A DNA stretch of 64,000 nt from Malacoraja senta. Its lineage: Eukaryota. A program made the position numbers and the translations under genes. The notes under the pieces are model-generated. The model searched no databases, was not told the DNA's origin, and was given only the letters and a program-made list of their open reading frames with translations. The stretch spans positions 6,140,001 through 6,204,000 of the forward strand of contig CM075997.1 in NCBI GenBank assembly GCA_038087875.1. The letters run 5' to 3'. Below are positions 15,151 through 28,164 of the stretch, in pieces; within the stretch, counting starts at the first letter, position 1; every line of letters starts with the position of its first letter.

Positions 15151-16615
15151 GTACGGACGTCTGATATACATTGTATGCATTTTGTTGGCAGTCATGCACT
15201 TAATTAAAAAATAGCAACATAACCTATCATTGATACTGCATTTTTAAATCATTGTTCAATCTTAATGACTTCCCTTTTCTCCTACTCACATTCTCTCCAC
15301 TCCCCAAGTAAGTTTCACAGTCATCGTAGACATTTTCCACAATATATTGAGCTGTTTCAAGGTGAAACAATTTTAGATTGGCTTGGCAACAAGAGACAGC
15401 AGGGTTCTTATTGTGATTGGCTGCCTGCAACTAGTGGACAACACAAAGATTGGTGCTGGGACCCTGTTGTTTGTAATATCTATGAATTACTTTGGATGTG
15501 GATGTGGGAGGCATGATCAGTAAGTTCACAGATGAAACCAAGATCAGTGGAGTCATGTATAATAAATGACAAATACAGTTAAATCCCAATGAATGTGAAA
15601 TGACTCATTTTAGGAGTACTAATGATACAAGGATAGAGATCCATGAACGTGCCAATGCAAGTACAGTGGCTTGCAAAAGTATTCATACCCCTTGAACTTT
15701 TCCACATTTTGTCACGTTACAACCACAAACGTAAATGTATTTTATTGGGATTTTATGTGATAGACGCATAATTGTGAAGTGGAAGGAAAATGATACATGG
15801 TTTTCAAATTTTTTTACAAATAAAAAACTGAAAAGTGTCGCGTGCAAAAGTATTCAGCCCCCTTTACTCTGATAACCCTAAATAAAATCCAGTGCAACCA
15901 ATTGCCTTCAGAAGTCACCTAATTAGTAAATAGAGTCCACTTGTGTGTAATCTAATCTCAGTATAAATACAGCTGTTCTGTGAAGGCCTCAGGTTTGTTA
16001 GAGAACATTAGTGAACAAACAGCATCATGTAGCCCAAGGAACACACCAGACAGGTCAGGGATAAAGTTGTGGAGAAGTTTAAAGCAGGGTTAGGTTATAA
16101 ACATAGATCCCAAGCTTTGAACATCTCACGGAGCACTGTTCAATCCATCATCCGAAAATGGAAAGAGTATGGCACAACTGCAAACCTACCAAGACATGAC
16201 CGTCCACCTAAACTGACAGGCCGGGCAAGGAGAGCATTGATCAGAGAAGCAGCCAACTCTGGTAACTCTGGAGGAGCTGCAGAGATCCCCAGCTCAGGTG
16301 GGAGAATCTGTCCACAGGACAACTATTAGTCGTGCACTCCACAAATTGGGCCTTTATGAAAGAGTGGCAAGAACCATATAACCATTACAGCACGGAAACA
16401 GGCCATCTCGGCCCTTCAAGTCCGTGCCGAACATTTTTTTTAATTTTATTTTTTTATTTTTTTATTTTTTTATTTTTTTAAATAAATACTTCCCCCTAGT
16501 CCCATCTACCTGCACTCAGACCATAACCCTCCATTCCTTTCCCGTCCATATACCCATCCAATCTATTTTTAAAGGAATAAAATCGAACCAGCCTCCACCA
16601 CTTCCACTGGAAGCT

Positions 16616-16815
16616 NNNNNNNNNNNNNNNNNNNNNNNNNNNNNNNNNNNNNNNNNNNNNNNNNNNNNNNNNNNNNNNNNNNNNNNNNNNNNNNNNNNNN
16701 NNNNNNNNNNNNNNNNNNNNNNNNNNNNNNNNNNNNNNNNNNNNNNNNNNNNNNNNNNNNNNNNNNNNNNNNNNNNNNNNNNNNNNNNNNNNNNNNNNNN
16801 NNNNNNNNNNNNNNN
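16616..16815. other. Assembly gap (200 N)
   Basis: Run of exactly 200 N. Confidence 1.
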
Positions 16816-17644
16816 AGTGAGGAGCATCTCCCTCCTCTACCCCCCCCCCCCCATCTCGCACTATCACCCCACTCTCCACCCCATCTCCCACCTCCTCCTC
16901 CCCTCACTCCCATTCCCTGCTCCAGGACCTACCCAGGTCGTAGAGCAGCACCAGGGCCTGGAACTGGGCCTGGTTCTCGTACTCGGCCCGGCCCTGGCTG
17001 TAGACTCCAGCTGTCAGCTCGGCTGCCGCCTGTGTTCCAATAGGCTCGTTCCTGACCCCAGACCCAGGCTCGTCCATGGTTCCAGCGGCAGCTTCCTTTT
17101 CGGCCCCGAGCTCGGCTCTCACTCCAGCTCCAGCCTCATCCTCTCCGTCGGGAGCCGGCAGCGGCCGCCACACGAGTGCGCTAGAGTGCCCCTCCCTCCC
17201 GGAATGTCCCGTCCTGCCTTGCGAGTCTATTGTGATGCTCTCGGGGTTTTTTCTGAAATGGGTGAGTTTAGTATAAATGTTGCCAAGTTATTTAGGATTC
17301 AAGTACAAACTTATCAAAACAAATTAAAATAAACGACTGACCTAAAAACATCATCATGCAGTAGTGTACTTACAGGAGACTTGCTTGGTCAGGTCTGAAG
17401 CCTCATAGTCTTCCCCTTGGAAACACATACATGCACCTCCTAACTCCACCATTTCAGCCTGGTCAGATTGTAGCCACACTATCTGCCCCCACCCCGCAAC
17501 TACATATCCACCTTCCCACACCCAGCCGCCTGCTGAACTCCAATTCCACCAATATCCAGACCTATCCCTTGATCACTATATTTTCCCGTTAACCCCTATA
17601 ATTTATGATCAAAAGGGGGCATTTGGTATAAGAATTGGAACGGA

Positions 17645-17912
17645 ATGACGCAGCAGTAGAGTTGCTGCCTTGCAGCGCCAGAGACCGGGGTTCGATCCTA
17701 ACTACTCGTACTGTCACTATAGCTTTTACATTCTCCCTGTGACGGCGTGGGTTTTGTCCCGGTGCTCCAGTTTTCTTCCATGTACCAAAGACGTACAGGT
17801 TTGTAGGTTAATTGCCGTCTAAATTGTGCCTAGTGTGTAGGATAGAACTAGTTCACGGGTGATCACTGGCTGGTGCGGACTAGGTGACCTGTATCTTTAA
17901 ACTAAACTAAAC
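17645..17912 (+). mobile_element. tRNA-derived SINE
   Basis: A-box-like gcagcagtagag, B-box ggttcgatcc, central ttctccctgtgac...tttgtaggttaatt domain and (ctaaa)n tail. Confidence 0.85.
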
Positions 17913-18559
17913 ATTGTGTAGACTGCATTTGGAGTATTGTGTACAGTTCTGGTTATACCACTGTAGGATATGGTAACGATAAGATGAGGAAGATATTCAC
18001 CAGGGTATTCCCTGGAATGAAGGCTCCAGTTATTGGAAGAGATTGGATGGGTCGGGTTTATTCTTACTAGAACGTAGGAGGCTGATGGATGATCTCAATA
18101 GAGGTTTATAAAATTGATGGAAATAGACAGGAAAGATAATCACAGTCTTTTTTCCAGGGCAGGTGAGTTTTGAACTAGAGGGTTTAAGATGACGGAGAAA
18201 TTTAAAGTAGATATGAAATAAGTTTATCCACACAGTGGGTGATTAATTATATGATATGTACTGCCAGTAGAAGTGGTGGGCGTGGATATAATTATAACCT
18301 TTAAACTGCATTAGGTTAAGTACTACGATGGGAAAGACAGGATTTGCATGAATAGGCATGATCATCAGCGTGGAAGCTATCGGACAAATGGGCTAATTTC
18401 TGTGCTGTACGATGTTAAGATTCTATACCTACATTTTTCTCACCAAAGCCACCCTCTCCAGAGGTGAAGAAAACCCACAGGAAATCTAAACTTGCGAAAA
18501 CTTCTGGTATTACATAGTACAAAGATATAAAGAGACTAGGAGGTTGTGACAAGTGGAAT

Positions 18560-20121
18560 ATTGCTTGGAGGTCTGAGGTTCCCAGCTGCTTTAAAAGGAT
18601 ATCAATAAGAGTAAAGTGACATGCTTCGATGACAACTGGCAGTAATATCCATAGTAATGAAGTGCTTTGAAAGGTTGGTTATGGTGCAATCAAATCCTGC
18701 CTCAAGAAAAATATCATCATCCCCTCCAAATTTGTTACCAAGCTCAGGGAACCAGGTCTCTTCGAATCCTTTTGCAACTGGATCCTCAACTTCCTCATCA
18801 AAAGAACATAATTGGTACATATTATCCCAACATTTCCTCGTCGATGACCATCAGCACAGGAGCACCTCAAGGCTGTCTGCTCAGCCCCCTGCTCTATTCA
18901 CTCTATACCCAGGACTGTCTAGCAGAACATAGTTCCAACTCCATCTTTAAATTCACTAGCAAAACCACTGTTGTTAGACAAATTACAGATAACGATGAGT
19001 GAGAGTATAGGAGGAGATCGATCGTCTGAATGAATGCTGCCAAAACAACAACCTTGCTCTCAACGTCAGTAAAACCAAGGAACTGATTGTTGACTTTCGA
19101 AGGAAAAGGCAGAGGATCAAACCTGGAGGGAGACAACAACTTCAAATTCCTTGGCATGCATATCTCTGAAGATCTGTCCTGGACGCAGCACATTGATGCA
19201 ATCATAAAGTAAGCTCATCAACTCCTCTACTTCCTTAGAAGTTTGAGGAGATTTGGTATGTTGACAAATAGTCTTTTGAACTTCTACATGTGTACGGTAG
19301 AGACAATATTGACTGGTTGCATCATGTCCTGGGTCAGCATTTCTAATGCCCAGGAATGAAGGAAATTACAACAATTACAGAACACTGCCTAGACCATCAT
19401 GGATACTGACGTCCCCACCATTGAAGGGATCTATAGGAGGCGCTGCCTCAAAAAGGCAGCCATCATCAACAAGGACTTAGCATCGCAGAGCTCACGGTCC
19501 CTTTGCCAGAGATCGACTTCGAAAGATCCAACTGCGGGAGCCTGTGGACTTAACATCGTGGAGCGCACGGGGGACCGGCTTCAGAGAGTTCCAAGCCTCA
19601 GGAGCTTCGATCTCCCAGATCGTGGGAGCTTCGATTGCCCCGACACGGGGGCTTCAATCGTCGGCTACGGGAGCTTCAGTCGCCCAGACTGTGGATGGTT
19701 CGACTCCCCTGACCGCGGGAGAATAAAGAGGGAAGAAGATTAGACTTTATTGCCTTCCATCACAGTGAGGAATGTGTGGAATCAGCTGTGGTGGATGTTT
19801 ATGTTCACTTTTATGTAGTTATGTAGTTGTTGCTTTTTTTTGTATGGCTGTATGGTAATCGAGTTTCACTGTACCTTAATTGGTACATGTGACAATAAAC
19901 AGACCTTGAAACCTTGAACTAGGAACTGCCTTGATTGTACTATGAACTTTGCGCTTGGTTTTTGTCTTTGCACTATATTGTTTGTTTAGTTTTACATATT
20001 GAACATCTTTTTGGTGTTTTTTGTTGTAATTGCTGAATACTATGTTTACATATCTGTTATGCTACTGCAAGTAAGAATTTCATTGTTCTGTTTTGGGACA
20101 TATGACAATAAAACACTCTTG
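18560..20121 (+). mobile_element. Degraded Rex1/Babar-like LINE, interrupted at about 19476-19916
   Basis: MKCFERLV, ISTGAPQGCLLSPLLYSLYT and SKTKELIVDFR-like motifs. 3' end aatttcattgt...gacaataaa. The start is approximate. Confidence 0.8.
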
Positions 20122-21133
20122 AATAGATGCATTGAGCAAATCAACGATTGGATGAACCAGAATTTTCTCCAATTAAACAAAGAAAAAACTGAAATAATTG
20201 TTTTTGGAGCCAAGGAAGAACGATTAAAAGTTAGCACCCAGCTTCAAATGGTAATGCTAAAAACAACAAACCAAGCCAGAAACTTAGGAGTAGTCATGGA
20301 CTCAGACCTGAACTTCAACAGCCACATAAAAACAGTCACAAAGTCAGCCTACTATCACCTGAGGAATATATCAAGGATTAAGCAACTTATGTCTCAGCAG
20401 GATTTGGAAAAACTTGTCCATGCATTTATCTTCAGCAGGCTCGACTACTGTAACAGTGTCTTGACAGGTCTCCCTAAAAAGTCGATCAGACAGCTGCAGT
20501 TAATTCAGAACGCTGCTGCTCGAGTCCTCACTAAGACCAAACAAGTAGTTCACATTACTCCAGTTCTGAGGTCTTTACACTGGCTTCATGTCTGTCAAAG
20601 AATTGATTTCAAAATACTACTGTTGGTTTACAAAGCACTGAATGGTTTAGGGCCAAAATACATTTCTGATCTTCTGCTTAGCTACGAACCACCCAGACCT
20701 CTCAGATCGTCTGGGACAGGTCTGCTCTGTGTCCCCAGAGTCAGAACTAAACATGGAGAGGCAGCATTTAGTTTTTATGCACCACATATCTGGAACAAAC
20801 TCCCAGAAAACTGCAGGTCTGCTGCAACTCTCACCTCTTTTAAATCTAGACTGAAGACTTCTCTGTTTGCCGCTGCCTTTCAGTAAACAATACAATTTAT
20901 TAATTACCTATACTGCACTGTAACTTCTATTCCTGGTTTTATTCTATTTTAAATATTTTATTTGATTGCTTTTAATTTTGTAATTATTATCTGAATAATC
21001 TAATAATCATTTTATATCTAAATGTCATTTTATATGTGTTTCTTTCAAATGCTTTAAATGTTTTATGTAAAGCACTTTGAATTACCTTGTGGTTGAAAGG
21101 TGCTATACAAATAAACTTGCCTTGCCTTGCCTT
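20122..21133 (+). mobile_element. 5'-truncated L2-clade LINE with an uninterrupted ORF2 C-terminus
   Basis: WMNQNFLQLNKEKTE, ARNLGV, SRLDYCNS, LQLIQNAAAR and HITPVLRSLHWL motifs. 3' stem-loop gcacttt...aaaggtgc, then tatacaaataaa and (cttgc)n. Confidence 0.92.
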
Positions 21134-21524
21134 GAAACTTGAGGAGGTTAAGGCAGGATATAGTTGATGTATAAAATAATGCAAAGCCCAGACACATGAA
21201 TAACAAATGATCTTTTTCCCTCAGTTGTGGGTTCAAGAACTGACTCCAATAGATTTAAATCTAGGTAGATAAATTAAAATGGTTGCAAAGAAAAAATCAA
21301 TCTTTGAAAATGGCCTGGAGCAACTCTCTAGAAAAGTGATGAATGGTAGCAGAAGCTCTCATCACAGCACAGTGGCGCAGCTGGTAGAACTGCTGTCTCA
21401 CAGGGCCAGAGACCCTGATTCATTCCTGACCTCAGATGCTATCTATTGTGGAGTTTGCATGTTCTCCCTGTGACAGTGTGCGTTTCGTCTGGGCACTCTC
21501 GTTTCCTCCCACGTTACAGATATA

Positions 21525-23141
21525 TAGTGACTTGCAAAGGTTTTCATACCCCTTGAACTTTTCCACATTTTGTCACGTTACAACCACAAACGTAAATGTA
21601 TTTTATTGGGATTTTATGTGATAGACCAACACAAAGTGGTGCATAATTGTGAAGTGGAAGGAAAATGATACATGGTTTTCAAATTTTTTTACAAATAAAA
21701 AACTGAAAAGTGTCACGTGCAAAAGTATTCAGCCCCCCTGAGTCAATACTTCGTAGAACCACCTTTCGCTGCAATTACAGCTGCAAGTCTTTTGGGGTAT
21801 GTCTCTACCAGCTTTGCACATCTAGAGACTGAAATTTTTGCCCATTCTTCTTTGCAAAATAGCTCAAGCTCAGTCAGATTGGATGGAGAGCGTCTGTGAA
21901 CAGCAATTTTCAAGTCTTGCCAGAGATTCTCAATTGGATTTAGGTCTGGACTTTGACTGGGCCATTCTAACACATGAATATGCTTTGATCTAAACCATTC
22001 CATTGTAGCTCTGGCTGTATGTTTAGGGTCGTTGTCCTGCTGGAAGGTGAACCTCCGCCCCAGTCTCAAGTCTTTTGCAGACTCTAACAGGTTTTCTACC
22101 AAGATTGCCCTGTATTTGGCTCCATCCATCTTCCCAGCAACTCTGACCAGCTTCCCTGTCCCTGCTGAAGAAAAGCATCCCCACAGCATGATGCTGCCAC
22201 CACCATGTTTCGCAGTGGGGATGGTGTGTTCAGGGTGATGTGCAGTGTTAGGTTTCCGCCACACATAGCGTTTTGCATTTAGGCAAAAAACTTCAATTTT
22301 AGTCTCATCTGACCAGAGCACCTTCCTCCACATGTTTGCTGTGTCCCCCACATGGCTTGTGGCAAACTGCAAACGGGACTTCTTATGGCTTTTTTTCAAC
22401 AATGGCTTTCTTCTTGCCACTCTTCCATAAAGGCCCGATTTGTGGAGTGCACGACTAATAGTTGTCCTGTGGACAGATTCTCCCACCTGAGCTGTGGATC
22501 TCTGCAGCTCCTCCAGAGTTACCATGGGCTTCTTGGCTGCTTCTCTGATCAATGCTCTCCTTGCTCAGCCTGTCAGTTTAGGTGGACGGCCATGTCTTGG
22601 TAGGTTTGCAGTTGTGCCATACTCTTTCCATTTTCGGATGGTGGATTAAACAGTGCTCCGTGAGATGTTCAAAGCTTGGGATATTTGTTTATAACCTAAC
22701 CCTGCTTTACACTTCTCCACAACTTTATCCTTGACCTGTCTGGTGTGTTCCTTGGGCTTCATGATGCTGTTTGTTCACTAATGTTCTCTAACAAACTTCT
22801 GAGGCCTTCACAGAACAGCTGTATTTATACTGAGATTAGATTACACACAAGTGGACTCTATTTACTAATTAGGTGACTTCTGAAGGCAATTGGTTGCACT
22901 GGATTTTATTTAAGGGTATCAGAGTAAAGGGGGCTGAATACTTTTGCACGCGACACTTTTCAGTTTTTTATTTGTAAAAAAATTTGAAAACCATGTATCA
23001 TTTTCCTTCCACTTCACAATTATGCGCCACTTTGTGTTGGTCTATCACATAAAATCCCAATAAAATACATTTACGTTTGTGGTTGTAACGTGACAAAATG
23101 TGGAAAAGTTCAAGGGGTATGAAAACTTTTGCAAGCCACTG
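21525..23141 (-). mobile_element. Full-length Tc1/mariner DD34E transposon (Passport/Eagle-like, IR/DR type), 1617 bp
   Basis: TA flanks at 21523-21524 and 23142-23143. TIRs of about 210 bp with outer and inner gcaaaagtattca-type direct repeats. The transposase frame 22762-21743 has 339 codons with [14 protein letters not shown] and SPDLNPIE motifs. Confidence 0.96.
21743..22762 (-). pseudogene. Tc1 transposase with two nonsense codons (codon 39 TAA, codon 66 TGA) and no frameshift
   Basis: The ATG at 22762 is in frame with ORF 21743-22552. Stops lie at 22646-22648 and 22565-22567, where the other copy has CAA and CGG. Confidence 0.88.
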
Positions 23142-26100
23142 TATGAGAGTTTGTAGGTTAATTGGCCTCTGTAAATTGCCCCTAGTGTGTGTCGGGAGTG
23201 GATGAGAAAGTGGGATTACAGAACTAGTGTGAACTGGTGATCAATGGTCAGCATGGACTCGGTGTGCCGAAGGGCCTGTTTCAATTGATATTTCAATCAA
23301 TTTTAATAAACAACTGGAAGAATTTGTGCATGATGAAACCTGCAAGGCTGGAAAATGAGTGCTGGAAAATGGTGTTGGTGTCATTAGCTTGTGTTTATCC
23401 AGCACAGGCAACATGAGCTGAGTGGCCTCCTGTGTCATAAATACCTATAATTTTATGAACATGCCAGGAGACATTTAATACTGCTGAAATCTTGGCCCCT
23501 TGCTGTGTGCAGTGAGTTTCTCAAATTGTCTGACCTAATGTTGACCCTGATATGAGTAACTCAACACCAGTACATTTTTTTAAATGTATGCTTTTTCCTC
23601 ATTCATATTTTAATTTTCTATTCACTTAATTGTCATACATTATATCTTTAAAATGGGTCATTATACACCACCCTATGGTGAAACATTTCATTGCTTTTTC
23701 CTTCTACCTAATCCAGATTTGAAGCTATTTATAATTTAATGACAAGAATCAAGTTTGCAAATGACATGAACTTTGGTGATGTTATTGAAAGTCAGGAGGG
23801 TCATGTTACGCTTCAAAATTATACTGATCAGTTAGTAACTCGGCAGGGCAACGGCAAATTCCATTTCATCATGGGAAGAATGAGGCAATGCATTATGGAG
23901 GTAGTACGTATCAGACCTGAGGAAATATTGAGGAACAAAGGAACTTTAGTGTACATCAAAAGGTACCAGAAGATCGCAGTGCAGGTAGATAGGGTCGTGA
24001 AGAAGGCATTGGCTCCATTAGTTTGGGCATGAAATATAAGAGCAGCAGGACTTCATACTATTTTATAATAAAAGAAGCATAGTGCTGGAGTAACTCAGGC
24101 AGCATCCCTGGAGAGCATGGATAGCTGATATTTTGGGCCTTCTTCAGGCTCCTGTTCTCTAGGCATGCTGCCTCACCTGTTGAGTTATTGCAGCATTATG
24201 TGTCATTTTGTGTAAACCAACATCTGCAGTTCCTTGTTTCTACAACTTTATAATACTTTAGTTAAGCCACATAGTTTGTGTAGCTCTGGTCACCAAACTA
24301 TAGGAAGAATATACTGGAGAAGGTGCAGAGGAGATTCACCAAGTTGTTGCCTGGGACAGAAAGTCTCAGTGTTCCCAGTAGAGGAGACTCCGGATAGGCC
24401 AAGTTTGTTTCCTTGGAGAACGTTAATTTTATAATGGCATAGGTTTAAAGTGAGGAGGACCTTGTAACAAACTGCTTCTGCACTTCATGATTCTTGAGGT
24501 ACAAAACAATTTTCTGGTCATATTCCTGCTCCTTCCATCGATGGGAATGCTAAAAGTTAGCTGAGGCATTAAAAAAAAGGCTCAGTTAACAAGTTAAAAG
24601 GTGGTAATGTACATGCATTTAAGAGCCACACAGATCAGAAACAGGCACTTTGACCCACATGTCCAGCCGACATTATACCCGTCAATACTCGTCTCATTCA
24701 CCTGCATTTGGTCCATAGGCGTATATGCCTCGGTGTATCAATTGCTCCTCCTGATGCTCCTTAAAAGTTGAAAATACCTACTTCTCGTGCCTTTTAAGAT
24801 TGAAAACATTATTTGGGTGAAAACCTTTCTTCCTCAAATTCCCTCAAAATTTATTTTTCCTTATTTTAAACCTATACCATTATGAAGAAGGGTCTCGGCC
24901 CGAAACATCACCCATTCCTTCTCTCCAGAGATGCTGCCTGTCATGCTGAGTTACTCCAGCTTTTCGTGTCTATCTTTGGTTTAAACCAGCATCTGCAGTT
25001 CCTTCTGACACATGAAACATTTATTACTAACTGCCTTATCTATGTCTCTCCTAGTTCTGAATGACTCCGTCAGGGTCCCCTCAAACACCAGTGCCGCAAG
25101 CAAAACTAACGTAGCCTATACGGTATCTTCTCTCCAGCAAACACTGAGCTTTCTATCCCAAGCAACATCTTGTTCTTTTTGTAAGGAATACATTGTGCAT
25201 TACTTGCAGTAGAATGGGTCTTGCACAGCTAAACTTCCAAAAAGTCCTCGACTTTACGTTCCGGTATTGTGCTTTGTGGAGAATGGGGATTGGAGCTTGG
25301 ATTAAAGGTGAAGAGCATTTCTGGAGTAGTAATCATTGAGAGGAGGGTGCAGACTGTTGTGCAGTGGACGGAGATTTGACTGTGTACTTAATTAAATTTC
25401 AGATATGGAGATTGGTGGGGGTTAAACTTTGGAGACCTGTTTTGTTAAAAGGTGCGTGGTTTCAGTTGGGTGGAGACTTATTTTGTGCAACATTCAGGGT
25501 GGTGTATTTAGACAAGGAGCTGACTGAGGGAGGGGTCCAATCAAAGAGAGTTCAAAGAGGGATTGTTTGGGAAGATGATCAAAGGTGTTGGCAGGATCAT
25601 ATATGGAGCATGTCGGGGTGCAGTGATCTGTCAGAGACAGTTAGAATCGGTGGGGGCTGTAGTCAGTTGGGGAGGTGATCAAGGGAATAATGGAGAAATG
25701 ATTGGGCATGTTAGTGGGATAATCAGTTGGGGTGAAGTTCAAGAGTGAGGTGTTTAGTCAGAGGATCAATTCAGAGGAGCATGGGGGGGGGGGTGGGGGT
25801 GGTGGGTGGTGGGTAGGAAGGGGAGGGATGATGATTAGTGAGATGGCATTGATGTGATTAGTCACACAAAATTGACCTGGAAGAGAGGAATGCCTTGGAC
25901 ATCAGCAATAACAGATAAGGTCAGTCCTGCAATTAATGCCAAAGTAAGTCATAGACCAGCTTTTTTCAACCAAAACCTGCTCTGCTCACATGCCTTAAAA
26001 TGTATAATTTTGTGCTTTTGTGAAGTTTTATACAACATAACTGTTCTTATTCAGCAGCCAACAAATGTATGTGCTTTGTATACACAAAGACCCTAATAAC

Positions 26101-26264
26101 AATCCCCAAAACAAACTACCATCTCATGGTATTCCGTTGCAATACACACAAACATGTGTTGTGATAGAATTTCTTGGGCAGGACTATACATCATTGTATT
26201 TAAATGTTGCATACAATATTATTGACTGAGTTGATTGGATAACATTTTTTTTTTCTTTTGACAG

Positions 26265-26585
26265 TTTTGGGTTTGCCAAACAGTGTTGAGGAAATGTCTC
26301 CAGACATTCCTGATCTGGATCAACTTATGAAAGAAATTAATGATCTCGCAGAGTCTGGTGCTCGATATACGGAGATGCCACATGTTATTGAAATCACACT
26401 TCCTATGTTGTGTAACTATCTGCCACGATGGTGGGAACAGGGACCTGAAAATATTGCCGATGAAAACGAAATACACTGTACAAGCATCACCTCTGAACAC
26501 CTCAATGCCATGCTGGGAAATATTCTGAAGATTATAGTTAATAATTTGGGTATTGATGAAGCATCTTGGATGAAAAGACTTGCAG
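26265..26585 (+). CDS. RYR1: Ryanodine receptor exon (human RYR1 exon 66 equivalent), 321 nt, phase 1/1
   Basis: Polypyrimidine tract and acAG at 26261-26264, GTaaat donor at 26586. Encodes [56 protein letters not shown]...[12 protein letters not shown], a recognisable RyR bridging-solenoid sequence. Confidence 0.96.
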
Positions 26586-26656
26586 GTAAATGTCAATTAA
26601 TAATAAGAAGAAAGTAAGCAAGATAATAAGAAGGAAGATATCTTTTGTCTGAGTAA

Positions 26657-27003
26657 AGGGCCTGTCCCACTGTACGAGGTAATTCAAGAGTTCTCCCGAG
26701 TTTTCCCCTGATTCGAACTCGGAGAGTGTCTGTAGCGGGTCCGTAGGAGTTCGTGGACGTCTCGTAGCGGCTCGTACGAGTAAAAAGTAACCATTTTTTT
26801 CATCACAGGTTTTTTATTACTCCTGGACATTTTTCACAGTGTTGAAAAAACGTCACGAGTTTTCCGGATTTCCCGAGTACCTACCGTTAGCATTACGAGC
26901 CGCTATGAGACATCCACGAACTCCTACGGACCCATTACGGACATTCTCCGAGTTCGAAACAGGGGAAAACTCTTGAATTACCTCGTACAGTGGGACAGGC
27001 CCT
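26657..27003. mobile_element. PIF/Harbinger-type MITE
   Basis: TIRs agggcctgtcccactgtacgaggtaattcaagag / ctcttgaattacctcgtacagtgggacaggccct. TAA/AAA flanks. Confidence 0.85.
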
Positions 27004-27858
27004 AAAACTACTGAGAGCCCATTATAATTTGTTAGTCCTGCTTTGTTTGCCTGAATACCTATACTAATTTTTCTCCAAATTTCAGTCAAATTACATTTTG
27101 ATTATCACATTTAACTTTGTTTTTAGTGTAGTCTTAATTCATAGGATTCCTTATCATGTGCCTCATATTGTCATTCATTGAGGGGGCATCTTTTGGGTGA
27201 AGTATTAACTGGTGCACATCAGATGATATAAAATGGAGAAGAAGAGCAGGGGAATTATCTCTGTTATCCTTGCTCACATTTTGTCCCTCAGCTAACACAA
27301 CTAAATAGATTATCTTGACATTATTACAATACCAATTGTGAAAGCTCATTGTGCGCGAATTCGCTGTCACATTTCCCATGTTATGACGTGCAGGCTGTAA
27401 GGATCCTGGGATGTGCTGAGATTGTGAACAATGCTTATTGTCACCACAACAGTGGGCAGATGGGCAAAATAATTACATTCCACAAGCTGCAGTTATATAT
27501 TCAATATATAATAGTTAAAGGATGAAAGGTCTCTTATAGAAAGTAATATTGCTTTCATTCAGAACCTCAGCCAGTGACTTTGGCCTTACATGTTTTGAGA
27601 TACACTATTAACAAGGAACCATAGTTTTGTAACTGCTAAATGCCTATTTTCTCCCATTAAATGATGTATGATGTATACCTAACATATATCTACCCCTGGC
27701 AACTCTACATATTTTTTCACTCTTGTTGAGAAAAATCTGAAAAATTACAGAATTTTCCAAAAAAGCTTCCAGTTTTTCACACATTTCATTGGATTTGTAA
27801 TGATGACAATGGATAGTGATAGCAGTGCTCCAGATGTTCAGTAGATGGCCCACTCTTA

Positions 27859-28164
27859 ATGGCCTGTCCCACTGTACGATCTAATTCAAGAGTTTTCCCG
27901 AGTTTCCCCCGTTTCGAACTCAGAGAATTATGGTAATAGCCGCTCGTAGGTACTCGGGGCTCTCGTGGACATTTTTCACCATGTTGAAAAATCTTCACGA
28001 GCTTACCGCGTTTCCTGAGTACCTGCCGTTGGCGTTACGAGCCGCTAAGAGACGTCCCGAGCTCTGACGTACCCGCTACGTACATTCTACGTACTTACCA
28101 CGAGTTTTTTTTTTTTTTAACTCGGGAGAGCTTTTGGGTAAACTCGTACAGTGGGACATGCCCT
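27859..28164. mobile_element. PIF/Harbinger-type MITE, related to 26657-27003
   Basis: ggcctgtcccactgtacga...tcgtacagtgggacatgccct termini, with TTA...TTA target site duplication. Confidence 0.85.

Larger units (their letters stand above)
21363..23300 (+). mobile_element. tRNA-derived SINE split by the Tc1 insertion (21363-21522 plus 23144-23300)
   Basis: Head cagtggcgcagctggtag. The body continues tttgtaggttaattggcc after the Tc1. Confidence 0.82.

Noticed and set aside
16424..17332. 302-aa and overlapping ORFs spanning 16424-17332
   Set aside because: They are open only because they cross the 200-N gap. The flanks are LINE and GC-rich repeat-like sequence.
17645..17720. tRNA gene
   Set aside because: The A/B boxes continue into a SINE body and tail, and there is no complete cloverleaf. 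The same applies to 29860-29932.
19999..20886. 295-aa ORF as a host gene
   Set aside because: It is a chimera of Rex1 3' UTR and the L2 ORF2 C-terminus, with no RT catalytic core and a non-ATG start.
16816..26264. Upstream RYR1 exon 65
   Set aside because: I found no LRPALGECL/AFLEP-like coding segment by eye. It presumably lies outside this contig segment; TBLASTN would confirm.
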